A stretch of DNA of 64,000 bases from Octopus sinensis. Lineage: Eukaryota. A program made the position numbers and the translations under genes. Positions 1-11,795 of the stretch are shown in pieces; the first letter of the stretch is position 1, and every line of letters starts with the position of its first letter. Under the pieces are notes generated by a model. It ran no database searches, was not told where the DNA came from, and worked only from the letters and a program-made list of their open reading frames with translations. Location: contig NC_042999.1 in the NCBI RefSeq assembly GCF_006345805.1, positions 89,156,001 to 89,220,000 on the forward strand. The letters are read 5' to 3'.

Positions 1-192
1 CACATTTATATGTTTGATTTATTGTTGATTTTGCTATTTTACTATTTGCTCTTGTTACACTTGCTCTTGTTTACTGCAGCCATCACAAGCACCACTACAA
101 CCACCATCAACACCATTATAACAACTACTACTACGACTACGGCAGCGACATTCGTTGTGGCTGCCGCTGGTGATGATGATCTTATTGTTTAA

Positions 193-209
193 AGTGTGTG
201 CGTGCGTGC

Positions 210-268
<59 letters not shown>

Positions 269-280
269 TGTGTGTGTGTC
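193..280. repeat. (GT)n/(GCGT)n microsatellite
   Basis: Direct reading; explains the HT-repeat ORFs at 55-282 and 182-367. Confidence 0.95.
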
Positions 281-411
281 ATAGTGCATGTTCAAACATT
301 TAGAGCAGTTTAGACATTCAGAAGGAACAAGAAGTCGACTGAGCCTCACAGCAATGTTAACGTACACAGAGTAAACTCGTTCTTTAACCGTGTATTATGT
401 AAGAAATTACC

Positions 412-812
412 TATTTCTTTATTGCCCACAAGGGGCTAAATACAGAGAGGACAAACAAGGACAGACAAACGGATTAAATCGATTACAACGACCCCAGTGC
501 GTAACTGGTACTTAATCTATCGACCTCGAAAGGATGAAAGGCAAAGTCTACCTCGGCGGAATTTGAACTCAAAACGTAACGGCAGACGAAATACCTATTT
601 CATTACTACCCACAAGGGGCTAAACACAGAGGGGACAAACAAGGACAGACACCCGGATTAAGTCGATTATATCGACCCCAGTGCGTAACTGGTACTTATT
701 AAATCGATCCCGAAAGGATGAAAGACAAAGTCGACCTCGGCTGAATTTGAACTCAGAACGTAACGGCAGACGAAATACCGCGTGCTAACGTTTCTGCCAG
801 CTCGCCGCCTTA
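412..812 (-). mobile_element. SINE family A, head-body-M-body-M dimer with 19-bp target site duplication
   Basis: Reverse strand reads ggcggcgagctggcagaaacgttagcacg head, then two ~190-bp units (gaggtcgactttgcctttcatcctttcggggtcgat-type body plus M module); tattatgtaagaaattacc repeated at 393-411 and 813-831. Confidence 0.9.
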
Positions 813-834
813 TATTATGTAAGAAATTACCGTC

Positions 835-1170
835 ATCATCAACATCATCTCATCGTTCAGCGTTGTCCGAGCATCCTTGTTTTGTTAGGCATGCTCAAAT
901 TATCACCACATTTATTCCATTTGAGATGGAGAGTGCTTTCCGTAGTATATGTGCTGTACCCACCAAGGTTATCTTTTGTAGTTCACCGAGATTGGAGTTA
1001 CCAGGGAGTTGTTTAATATACTTCTCAGATCCCTTTTTATCATTCCCAACCCACTAATTACCACTGGTATTATCATTGTACTCAGCTTCCACATTTCTAT
1101 AATTTCAGTTTGCAGATCTTTATAGTGAGAAAGCTTTTTGTATTCCTTTCTTGAGACATTTTGATCTTGT
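835..1170 (-). mobile_element. R4/Dong-clade non-LTR retrotransposon, RLE C-terminus and 3' UTR relic
   Basis: Reverse translation DQNVSRKEYKKLSHYKDLQTEIIEMWKL...PVVISGLGMIK...(fs)ELQKITLVGTAHILRKALS parallels the copy at 43691-43915. Confidence 0.8.
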
Positions 1171-1172
1171 GG

Positions 1173-2764
1173 CTGTTTGGGCAGGGTGATGGGTCGACTA
1201 CGGTAGCGGACTTTACGTTGTACCTGGACGGCCTACCACGGCTCTCGGTAATGGTCGTGAAATTCTGCGAAAAACCGATTATTACAGCCACTGAAATACG
1301 GGAGGCGATGAGCGATTGCACAAGTCGCAAATCGCCCGGTTTGGATAGTCTACCATACGAATTCTATGTATTCAGGCTAGATTTGTTGGTAGCCTCCCGG
1401 CAGACGTCTACAGTAACTGGCAGCAGAAAGTCAGAATTCCTAGTGCTATTAGCCGGGATATGGTAATATTGCTGAGAAAGGATGCCGACAATGAAGACGT
1501 ACTAGGGAATTTTCGACCCATAACTCTGCTAAACACAGAGTTTCAGATTTTGGCCAAGGTGTTAGCGAAAAGTTTGACACTTGACGTCGGTAGTCTGGTC
1601 GGGGAGGCAAAAACGTGCGCAATGCCGAGCAGGTCTATCCACAACCTCCACCCTATGCGATACATTGTAGAAAGAGCTGGGGCTAACGCTGACTTCGGTG
1701 GAGCCCTGATCAATTTAGATCAGTTGAAAGCTTTCGATAGGGTCGACCATCGCTTCTTGGAAGCCGTTCTTAAATTAGCCGGTTTCGGGCCCGTTTTCCG
1801 AGGCTGGATTACTGCAATGCCCAGTGGTACTTGTTCGGTGGTCAAAGTTAATGACCACCTATCGGAACCGTTTAGTATCGCATGTTCGGTCCATCGGGGC
1901 TGATCGCTGTCACCTCTTCTGTATGCCCTGGCTCTCGAACCACTACTGCAGAAGTTGGATCAGTTAAAAGGCCTCCCTTTCGAAATTGGACTCGGGAGGG
2001 CTGTGACGGTCTACGCGGACGCCTCCGAAGTGGAGACGATCGGCTCCACTGTAAGCGAATATGAGTCGGTTGCAGGGGCCAAAATCGGAAGGATTGTGAC
2101 TGGGCACCTGGAGAGGCAGATTGATGCCGTCGGGCGGCAGTTAAAGTTTTAAACCAGTTAAACTGCTGGGGGTCTGGTTCGGTCCCGACCTCCAGGTGGA
2201 TAAGAATTGGGAAGCGGTGACGAACAGGGTGGCCTGTCTTACCTAGAAATGGGCTGAGATGAAGTTATCTCTGAAAGGTCGGGCAAAGGTGGCGAATGCC
2301 CACATCGTCTCTGTCATTATTTATTGTCTGACCGTCCTGCCTGATCTCAGTTACTACTTGATTAGATTGGAGAGTATCCTGTTTATTTTCTTGTCGAAGG
2401 GACGCGTTCCAATGGTCAGGCGATCGGTCTGCTGCCAACTTCCTTTGCGTGGCAGATTAGGCATGCCGTGGCTTTTAATGCGCAGACACGCATTAAAAGT
2501 GTGGACTCCATTCGTGAGACACCTTTCTGCAGCTTGTCTCCTTGATTCAGCTGCAGTCTTGGGAAAAGGATAGGCCGAGCCTTAGTGCCTTGCACTTAGA
2601 ATATCGTCAGGTGCTCACTGTTCTCTACAAGTCGGGCAATAGGATCGGTGGATGTTCCACTTTAGATATGTACAGAGGATTAGTAGCAAGGAAGTGCGAC
2701 GACATCTTTGGGGATATTCAAGGCGTCGACGAAGACGAACTGGTAAGTCTACTCCAGATGACTT
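1173..2764 (+). mobile_element. Decayed Tx1-clade LINE ORF2 (RT region), nested in an R4/Dong element
   Basis: SPGLDSLPYEFY, NFRPITLLNTE, DQLKAFDRVDHRFL, SLSPLLY, VYADA, SLKGRAKVAN across frameshifted ORFs 1161-2766. Confidence 0.85.
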
Positions 2765-3070
2765 AGCCACGTTAGCGTGCATTTTTTTGTAGTGTTTTTG
2801 GGCCTGCTTACTACACTCACTCACAATGCGTGAGATTGTTTCTTTTCTGCTGCCACGCATTCAACAAGGGCCATTCGCTGCTCTTATCTATTTGGAACTT
2901 GGTATAATTACTTCTCAGAGCTAGTTCCTGGTCCTCTGTGCATCTTTACAGGTAACTTTTTCTTACCCATGTCCAAGTGTTGATCTTGTATTTTCCTTTG
3001 CTTTCTCAGAGGCATTGCCCGTTCAGCGGTTTCATTTTCTACTTGTTTACTATTTTCCTCTTCATCGCGT
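2761..3070 (-). mobile_element. R4/Dong-clade zinc-knuckle region (upstream part of the 835-1170 element)
   Basis: TWTWVRKSYL..QELALRSNYTKFQIDK..(fs)ETISRIVSECSKQAQKHYKKMHANVAK matches the ET..HI...C..LAQ.EYK.RHDNV motif seen at 44436-44783. Confidence 0.75.
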
Positions 3071-3101
3071 TTCTTCTTCTTCTTCTTCTTCTCTTCTTCT
3101 T

Positions 3102-3132
<31 letters not shown>

Positions 3133-3147
3133 TTATTATTATTATTA

Positions 3148-3211
<64 letters not shown>

Positions 3212-3212
3212 A

Positions 3213-3249
<37 letters not shown>

Positions 3250-3265
3250 CATTATTATTATTATA

Positions 3266-3319
<54 letters not shown>

Positions 3320-3330
3320 TATTATTATTA
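3071..3330. repeat. (TTC)n followed by (ATT)n microsatellite
   Basis: Direct reading. Confidence 0.95.
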
Positions 3331-3644
3331 TATAACTGTTCAATACTTGGTAGATTGAGGCAAGTTTCTATTGCATCACCTGCTACACGTCAGTCTAGGT
3401 GGAGTGTGTGCAGTATTGCGTGATCTTTTCTGCTGTTGGGGGTGTGCGAGCTTTTCCCAGCCCCGTATTGCGCTAATTATTTTCCTTTGGAGTGTGATGC
3501 TATCTTTTGTTGTGTTGCTGCTTGTATTGTGTATTGAGTGCGTAATGCTTTGGTTTTTTGCTGGCTTGCTGATGGGAGTTTATTTCAGTAGGTATATGCT
3601 GTATAGAGTGTGCCTTGTATTTGTGAGTTGTTTTGTTTTGGTTG
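3331..3644 (-). mobile_element. Possible highly decayed R4/Dong 3' end between two (TAA)n arrays
   Basis: Only a weak EKITQYCTHS resemblance to QKITLxGTAHIL, plus position and orientation like neighbouring copies. Confidence 0.3.
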
Positions 3645-3943
3645 TATTATTATTATTATTATTATTATTATTGTTGTTGTCATTGTTGTTGTTGTTGTTG
3701 TTGTTACCATTATTATTTTCATTAGCATCTTCCTTCAATTCTGTTTCCATTTCTTGCTGAGTGTCTTCGTGACACCTAGGGGAGAAAAACATAGTGTATA
3801 CATTGGTAGGCCATCAAAACAAACACACCAGATTGTTCATTTTCAAAGTTATGTGATAGAGAAAAAGGGGAAGAAAGACAGAGAGAAAAAGGAAAAATAA
3901 AAATATAAACAAAGAAAATAAAGGGGGGAAAAGGGAAGAAAAT

Positions 3944-4225
3944 TCACTGCGACAATGCTCTTCTCAATACGTGTGACATACCAGTTATGAAAATCTTTTG
4001 CACTTCCTACATGGATAGTAAGCCACGGATCATTCTGAAATAATTTTCAGTTCGTTTTTTAATCATTCCAAGTGCTCCTAAAGTCCCTAGTATTGTAACA
4101 GTCTTGAGATGCCACACCTTTTCGATTTCGATTAGCAAACCTTTACATTTTCAGAGCTTATCAAATTCTTTTGCCGAGATATTATGGTCTCAGGGTATGC
4201 TAATGTCAATCAATAAGCAGACTTT
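3944..4225 (-). mobile_element. R4/Dong-clade RLE C-terminus fragment
   Basis: KVCLLIDISIP*DHNISAKEFDKL*KCKGLLIEIEKVWHLKTVTILGTLGALGMIKK...QKIFITGMSHVLRRALSQ*; 5' side abuts (TAA)/(AAC)/(TAG)n at 4226-4355. Confidence 0.8.
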
Positions 4226-4286
4226 ATTATTGTTATTATTATTATTGTTATTATTGTTGTTGTTGTTGTTGCTGTAATTACTACTG

Positions 4287-4355
<69 letters not shown>

Positions 4356-4652
4356 GTTTCTGACTGAGTGTCATGCATTTTTCATCGCATACGATTAAAA
4401 TATGACATGATTCTGTTACTGAGCACGAATGAAGAGAAGACCTGAAGAGTAACACACATATCGTGTGCCTTTGGCAGTACCCCATCCAGTATGGGGTGAT
4501 GTGTATTCAAAGTCAAAATTCATTATATGCCCTCACTTACAAACGTCAGTTATATAAAGTCGTCGGAAGAACATAAGGAGGTCTTTGGCATGAAATCAAC
4601 TGCCCTCGAAAGCCGGTTAGAATTTTGTTGGTTTAAATGCTCTTCACCTCAG

Positions 4653-4783
4653 CAGGCATTTTGACAATTTCCGACCACATTCATCTAAGAAGTGACAATC
4701 AGATTAGTGTTGTATTGGAGGAAATAGCATCTAAGTGTTCATTATACAATAGCACTGACTATGAGATGAAGTATAGCCCTCAG
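4653..4783 (+). other. Possible isolated host exon (unassigned)
   Basis: ctcttcacctcAG/cAG acceptor and CAG|GTGAGT donor around an open frame GILTISDHIHLRSDNQISVVLEEIASKCSLYNSTDYEMKYSPQ; no recognised homology. Confidence 0.2.
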
Positions 4784-4989
4784 GTGAGTAAAAAGCCGGC
4801 GACTGTTTCTGTCAACACTGCAAACACAACAGCAAGAGGAGAGACTAACACCACAAACGGGAAAAACAGTTCCATCGCTACCATAATCTAAGGAAATTCC
4901 ATACTATTTCCCCTCCGCCGAAACAAAAACAAATATGCACGCGCAGATCACTCTGAAGCTGATAATTCGGTGAATACATATGTGAATAG

Positions 4990-5185
4990 GAACTGCAACG
5001 AGGTTATAAGCAGGTGCAAACAGATCACACTCAGATACAGGCTGAGAGGGAGCTGTCCCTAGGAGGTTGGACTCAAATATCGAACGTGTACATTGTCTAC
5101 ATTAGATATTACCGATTGACCGTCCTGACTGGCTCCAGTTTTTGCCTAACGAAATTAGAGTGCCTGCATTTTGTCGAAGATGTTT
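4990..5185 (+). mobile_element. Old Tx1 ORF2 relic
   Basis: ELSLGGWTQISNVYIVYIRYYRLTVL aligns by eye to LSLKGRAKVANAHIVSVIIYCLTVL of the 1173-2764 copy. Confidence 0.55.
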
Positions 5186-5657
5186 CTTAAAGATCCAGTT
5201 GTCCATCATTTGTCCTATAGCGATTAATACGTGCTGGAATGTCATATCCACGCACATGCAAGGATCTTATAATAATTCTGCTTGTCATTGCCTTATTTAG
5301 CCTGTTGTTAACGTTTTCATGTGATTAGAGAAAAAGAGAGAAAGAAAAGCAGGAAAGAGAAAAAGAGGGTGAGAGAAGCGTCCATGGAAATGTAATTGTA
5401 ACGTTTTTACGTGATTATGAAAAGAGAGAATAAGAGAAAGAAAAAGGAGAGAGAAAAAGGTGATAAGGCGAAGAATGAAGCAGAAAGAGAGAGAAAGAAA
5501 AAAGAGGGAGAGGGAAAGACGGAGAGAGAAGCGTCCATGACATGTGATAGGGGGAACGTAATATTTATTACGTAGTTAAAAAAGTTAGTTGGAGGTAGTG
5601 ATACAGAGGAGAGTTAGAAATATAATTTTAGCAGAGATATTCTGATGGTGAGATTAA

Positions 5658-5748
5658 AATAAGTCCTGAGGTCGATTCGTTCGACTAAAACCCTTCAAGG
5701 TGGTGCTTTAACATGGCCGCAGTCAAATGACTGAAACAAGTAAAAGAA
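5658..5748 (+). mobile_element. SINE family B, 3' fragment
   Basis: aataagtcctgaggtcgat...catggccgcagtcaaatgactgaaacaagtaaaaga matches other B copies. Confidence 0.8.
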
Positions 5749-5755
5749 TTTTTAT

Positions 5756-5824
<69 letters not shown>

Positions 5825-6916
5825 GTTTCTTTATTAGCCACACAGGGCTGCACACAGATAGAACAAATTACAAGGTAGAGCTTTTCTTTTGAAGGTTTAA
5901 AAAAAAAAAAATTTAAAAAAATTAAAAAAGGAAGGGGGAGTTTCGATCAAAAGGAATCGTAAAAGGAGAGAAAGAGGACAAAAAAAGGGGGGTTAAAAAA
6001 AAGGGGGAGAGGAAAAAAAATGATCAATAGGGATCGTTATCACAGAAATGTCAATATGAAGTGTAAAGGGGAGGACAGGTGAGGTTTACCCGTGGAAAGA
6101 AAAGCCTACGGAAAAGACCACGGTAACCTCGGTCAATGGAGTCACATGTTATATTTCTTTTTTTTTTTTTTTTGCGAATAAGCAACTCTCTTTTTTCAAT
6201 TTCTGGGTTCATAGGATCATGCTCAAGGTGGCTTCGTCATTCATACGTGCCATTCTTGCTACATTCACCCATCTTTTTTTAAAACATTCGCTAGACAAAA
6301 CTTGCCTCTCTACTCTCACTTTCCTTTTCAAGTGGTACTTGAAGAAGTTGATGAGAGATTGACCAGAGAGGAAAGTGTTTGTCTCCAATCCTTTCAGACG
6401 CGTCCACCAGATACATTCTTTCGCCATAGCCACAAGGATGATGAAAATAGCTCTTCCTTCCCGTTTGAAGGAAGGAGGCGTGACAATATTGACGATAGAC
6501 TCAGCTGATAAACCGACTCGTCCCACACGTGACAGCAGTTGTTCGACATAAGCCCACAGGTCGGAATTGTTGGACACTGCACGAGTGCGTGCAGAACGGT
6601 TTCGTCGCTCTGACCGCATCTCGGGCAGGTCGGCCCCGTGTTTCTCGAGCCGTGTCTGTAGAGCTTATCCCGAATGGGTAGCGCTTCTCGGTAGCACTGC
6701 CAGGCCAGGGATCTCTGGAAGTTGTCCATGGGCCCTGGCCCGAAAGTCGTCCTGAACAGGCGGGTCAGGTACTCCTCGTCGACGTCCAGGTTCGCCCCGA
6801 GCTCGTCGTCGTACCTCCCCTCCACTAAACCCCTATAGAATGCTTTGGTTGTGTTGAAGTCACTCAAGGTCGACCCAGGACGGCAGAGTTGCTTGAGAGC
6901 AACGCGACACTCGCGG
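5825..6916 (-). mobile_element. 5'-truncated, relatively young Tx1-clade LINE (ORF2 C-terminus with CCHC finger plus 3' UTR) inserted in (GATA)n
   Basis: ORFs 6394-7059 and 6209-6619 join with one frameshift near 6565: LAWQCYREALPIRDKL...CPRCGQSDETVLHALVQCP...DLWAYVEQLL...; 3' end aataaagaaac; TSD-like tatagatagatagatagataat at 6917-6938, expanded copy at 5755-5824. Confidence 0.9.
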
Positions 6917-6972
6917 TATAGATAGATAGATAGATAATTCAAAAAACAGAGAAATAAGAAAAAAAAAAAAAG

Positions 6973-7026
<54 letters not shown>

Positions 7027-7142
7027 TAATCTAAACATGAAAACACAAAGAGAAAACACAACAACGCGAGGACGTGGAACAAATATAGTATTATTGGATG
7101 CTCAGGAAGGAAGGGAAGAAGGAGGAAAAAAAGTCGCCAACG

Positions 7143-7193
<51 letters not shown>

Positions 7194-7428
7194 CATATAT
7201 ATTGATAAAAATGGTAAGACAACAAAAGAGTGAAAGAGACTTCGATATTATGTAAATAGAGGAATTTATCAATAAATGTAATATGTGACAATTGGCTACC
7301 GAATAATTGTCACATATTACATTTATATATATATGCATATATATATATGCATATATATATATATAATATATATATATATATATAATATATATATGCATAT
7401 AATATATGCATATATATATGCATATATA

Positions 7429-7470
<42 letters not shown>

Positions 7471-7529
7471 ATATATATATAATATATATATATATATATT
7501 ATATATAATAATATATATATATATATATG

Positions 7530-7903
7530 AATTTTGGTTAATTCCGTAATGGAATCGACGGCTGATATTTATTTGCTGCCGATAATTTGGCGCGAGTGCG
7601 ACGATTTGAAAATTTTAGGTCAGATATTGCCTTGGCAAGATTGGGTATGCCTCGTGTAAATATCTGTTCCGACTGAGCTATTTCTTGCTGAAGAATCCGA
7701 GGGCTTATGGAAGATTGGCTTGATTTAATTTAATCAGGTTAGTTTACCATTAAACAGCGGATGAAACGGTATACCGTACAAGAAATACAGGGTAAATGTT
7801 TTTTTAATTTTCTCCTGTTTACGGAATTAATCTTTATTTGCGGTAGAAGCTTTGGCTGTTATTTCTAGTGGGTGAATGGCCTATTATGGCCGTTCCTTAA
7901 TTG

Positions 7904-7905
<2 letters not shown>
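7530..7905 (+). mobile_element. PLE pseudo-LTR-like island between two (TA)n tracts
   Basis: Unique ~375 bp bounded by (TA)n on both sides; contains a complete HHR. PLE assignment inferred from ribozyme type. Confidence 0.55.
7679..7787 (+). ncRNA. Type I hammerhead ribozyme with canonical core
   Basis: tatttcttg-CTGAAGA-atccg-[58 nt]-cggat-GAAA-cgg-tata-ccg-TA-caagaaata; helix I 9 bp, helix II 5 bp, helix III 4 bp, GUA triplet. Confidence 0.8.
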
Positions 7906-7943
<38 letters not shown>

Positions 7944-9383
7944 CATACATACATACACACGCACACATGTATGAAATATATACAATTATGCTTAAAGTAT
8001 ATTTGCAATACACATATGCATGTGCATGTGCATGTGCGCAACAACTTTAGCAGAACCGTAAAAAATGTTGGTGTTGAAATGAGAATTTAAAGTAGATTGA
8101 AGAAATAGCTGGGTAATCTTAAATCAAAAATATTTTGAAGCCCAGTGAATTAAATCACTTTAAAAAAAGCTGTGATCCACTCACAACGTTCCATTTGGAA
8201 TAATTAATATAAAACCCTCAAGGAAGCAACCGTCACACCGGCTAACGAAACGCACTTGGCATAATTTAATTGTACTTAAAGGCAAAATAGTCAATAGCAG
8301 GTTCCACCCTAAACAAAATTTATTCTTCTATATTTTCTTTCCTTCTTTCTCAGACATCACTTACATTCCATTTCATAGCTTTTTCCCTCTAATTATTGTC
8401 GTCGACATGATAATATTCTAGATCCCTCCTTAAACTAGAGTAATATAGGAAGTCAAGTGAGCACATAAATTCAAGCTTCATCAGAGCAGTTTTTCTAAAT
8501 TTGATTTTCATGTAACGTAAACCATTAAAAAACATTGACAGAGATTATATATTATATGCAGTTTTTTTCAAAGGGGAAGGGAAGTCGTATATCCTGATGA
8601 AGACTTCTTTAGATCTCTGTAGGGAGGGATTTAGTTAATTTGTTACAGTTGACTGTGTTCTGAGGTGTTCGTGTATATAATGAAAAACATTAAAATAGTG
8701 TCAGCAAGAAACTCACAAAGTAATATGCCCATTTAATAACCAATTGATTACCTATCATTGTGAATATATTTATGATGGCTGTTATACAATAAATAATTCC
8801 ACCACACACACACACACATACACATACTCAAACGCACGCGCACATATGCACACACACACTTTCTCTCTATCTCTCTCTTCTAACAATTGTTGCTCCTCTA
8901 AGAATTTGCTTCTTGCATGAGAGCAAAGATGCACATATTTCATGCTACCAGTTTCTCCTCGCCTTTGAACTACCACCCTATGTTATCCACCACGATGAGT
9001 CAGAGTACCACACATTGCTGCAAAGTCTAATTTTGGCATGGTTTCTACAGCTAGATGCATTTCCTAGCACCGATCACTTCACAGTATGTACTGGGTTTCC
9101 TTTTTTTACATGGTACTTGCACTACAATGGTTGTCTTGTTCTCAGTTAGATTAAATAGTCCTTTTAACAGCGTGTTGTCTCTGAAGGATTCACCAGCTAC
9201 TTTACAGAGTGTATTATGTATTCGTATGCTTGTCAATAGAGTGGGTGTATTAATCAAAGTATACACCCACTGTTCTTAACTTCGCACAGACAATTATATA
9301 ACCGAATACTAGATAATAGCGGTAATATCCCTGAAGTGCACATGGAATTATTTAGCCGCGCTGTTATCTAATCTAATATACAT

Positions 9384-9497
9384 ATGAAAAGCAAAGTCGA
9401 CCTCGGCGGAATTTGAACTCAGAACGTAAAGATGGACGAAACGCCGCTAAGCATTTTTTTCCTGGCGTGCTAATGATTTTGCCAGCTTGCTGTCTTG
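9384..9497 (-). mobile_element. SINE family A fragment
   Basis: gcaaagtcgacctcggcggaatttgaactcagaacg...gccagcttgctg. Confidence 0.8.
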
Positions 9498-9510
9498 AGG
9501 ATTAATATAA

Positions 9511-9977
9511 TATTAGTTTCACATTTTGGCACAATGTCAGCAATTTCGGAGCTGTGGGTAAGTCAATTACATCAAACCCACTATCCAACTGTTATTTATT
9601 ATAACGACTCGAAAGGGTAAAAGGCAAAGTCGTCTCGTCGGAATTTGGACTTAGAACTTAAAGATAAACGAAACACCTATTTCTTTACTACCCACAAGGG
9701 GCTAAACACAGAGAGGACAAACAAGGACAGACAAACGGATTAAGTCGATTATATCGACCTCAGTGCGTAACTGGTACTTAATTTATCGACGCCGGAAGGA
9801 TGAAAGGCAAAGTCGACCTCGGCGGAATTTGAACTCAGAACGTGACGGCAGACGATATACGGCTACGCATTTCGCCCGGCGTGCTAACGATTCTGCCAGC
9901 TCACCGGCCTAATACCAGATGAAATGCCGCTAAGCATTTTGTCTAGTGTGCTGATGATTAAGCCAGCTCGCCGCCTT
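9511..9977 (-). mobile_element. SINE A composite: young head-body-M copy (9678-9910) inside an older A copy
   Basis: Diverged head at 9911-9977 and diverged body-tail at 9511-9677 flank a near-consensus unit. Confidence 0.8.
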
Positions 9978-11356
9978 AAGGATTAAATAATATTAATAAT
10001 TAATGAATATTGTTGTTAATTTCCTCTCAATGTACACTTTACCGCTTTATAAACGTTAGGTTCATTTGGTAATGTTGCTCTAGATACACTGTTTAAAAGT
10101 GTAGCAATGATCACCACTGGAAATGCTTTGGCTTTTAAAGGTCTTCTCGCTTGATCAAGATTTGATTTACCTGTAACTAAGCAAGAGAAACAAAAGGGTG
10201 AGAGAGAAAGAATGAGATAGATAGACAGAGTGAATGAGTGGCGACTGATCGCGAGACTGAATCAGCGCTAACAACTACAAACTCGTACTTTTATCACAAC
10301 TAATCATTTTTCTTTGTCTTCCATTTGTTTATCTGTCTTTAAAGTATTTATGTCTCCGTTTACCTGTTTTTACACACACACACACACACACTCACACGTT
10401 CACACACATACACACACATACCGAGAAAGAGAGAGAGTAAGAGAGAGAGAGAGAGAGAGACAACATACCCACGTACACACGCGCGCAGACATAGATGCAC
10501 ATACACATGTGTGTGTATAGATATATATGTGTGTATATGCACCAAAACACAAACAAGAGGTAAGAAAGGGGAATGGCAGTAAGCAGAAAATGATTTAGGG
10601 GGGATGGATGGGTAAGTGTGAAAGGTTTCTTATTCTAAGGGAGCGGACAAATCTTTATTTGTGAAGTTATTACTAATACTTTACATGCATTAATCCTCAC
10701 CGAGTGTACAACTGAATATAACACAGTGCTTTATCCTCTCAGTGCTTCTTAGATTTTATTAAACTAAAAACAAAATTCCTGTAATGTCAATATAGCAGTT
10801 TTGTTATTGTTGTTTTCTTAGTTTTAATTTTTTAAACTTCCTGTTACTTTACTAGTCTCATTTGAGTGGACGGTCTCCCGCTTTCTGACTGGCGTTGATT
10901 TACTTTGATATAATATCACTGGAGTGCTTCGAACCTGCTGACCTCACCTTCACGGAGACTTTCCTCATCAAGAAGACGCCATTAGAGAGATTAAACATAT
11001 GAAGAAGAAGAAGAAAAAAAAAACACTAGGATTAGTTGGTACAAAAGAAAAAGAAGAAAAAAACGGTGGATATTAAGAAAGAAGAAAAGAGAATAAAGTG
11101 GTGGTGGTGGTGGTGGTGGTTGTGGTGGTGGGGCTTACAAATCTGGGAATCACTTAGGGAAGTGAGAATATGTTATTATTTTATGCGATACCCAACTAAG
11201 AAAAACAATATCGAAAATTCATAGAATAATGTCAAATGAGTTGTTTTCGTTGAGGTTGCAATTAATTCAAACACATGATTTCTACAGTGTAAAATGGTGT
11301 TTACCCCTAGTACGCTTGTTCTACTTCCCTTTAGATTTACATACATTTGTGTGTAT

Positions 11357-11590
11357 TCTTTTATTCTTTTACTTGTTTCTGTCATTTGACTGCGGTTATG
11401 CTGGAGCACTGCCTCGAGGCGTTTTAGTCAACAAATCGACCCCCAGGAGTTATTTTATTATTATTTTTAGGCCTGGTACTTATTCTATCAGTTTTATGGT
11501 TGGACCGCTAAGTCACGGGGACGTAAACACGCCAACACCGGTTGCCAAGCGGTGATGAGGTGGGGGCGACAAACAGAAAAAAGACACACA
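11357..11590 (-). mobile_element. SINE family B
   Basis: cttgtttctgtcatttgactgcggttatgctggagcac...ccgctaagtcacggggacgtaaacac. Confidence 0.85.
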
Positions 11591-11604
11591 CATGTACAAA
11601 TATA

Positions 11605-11748
11605 TACGACGGGTTTATTTCAGTTTCCGTTAACTAAATCCATCACAAGGCTTTGGTCGACCCGAAGCTATTGTAGAAGACACTTGCCCACGGTATCACA
11701 CAGTGAGACCGAACCCGGAACCATATAGTTTGGAAGCAAGCCACACCT
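11605..11748 (-). mobile_element. SINE family C (tRNA-like head, CORE-like tgggcaagtg motif)
   Basis: tacgacgggtttatttcagtttccg...gaagacacttgccca...gaacccggaacc. Confidence 0.85.
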
Positions 11749-11753
11749 GCACA

Positions 11754-11784
<31 letters not shown>

Positions 11785-11795
11785 ATATATACATA

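Noticed and set aside
2977-3900. Poly-Y/L/N/I ORFs as membrane or low-complexity proteins
   Set aside because: Translations of (TTC)n and (ATT)n arrays
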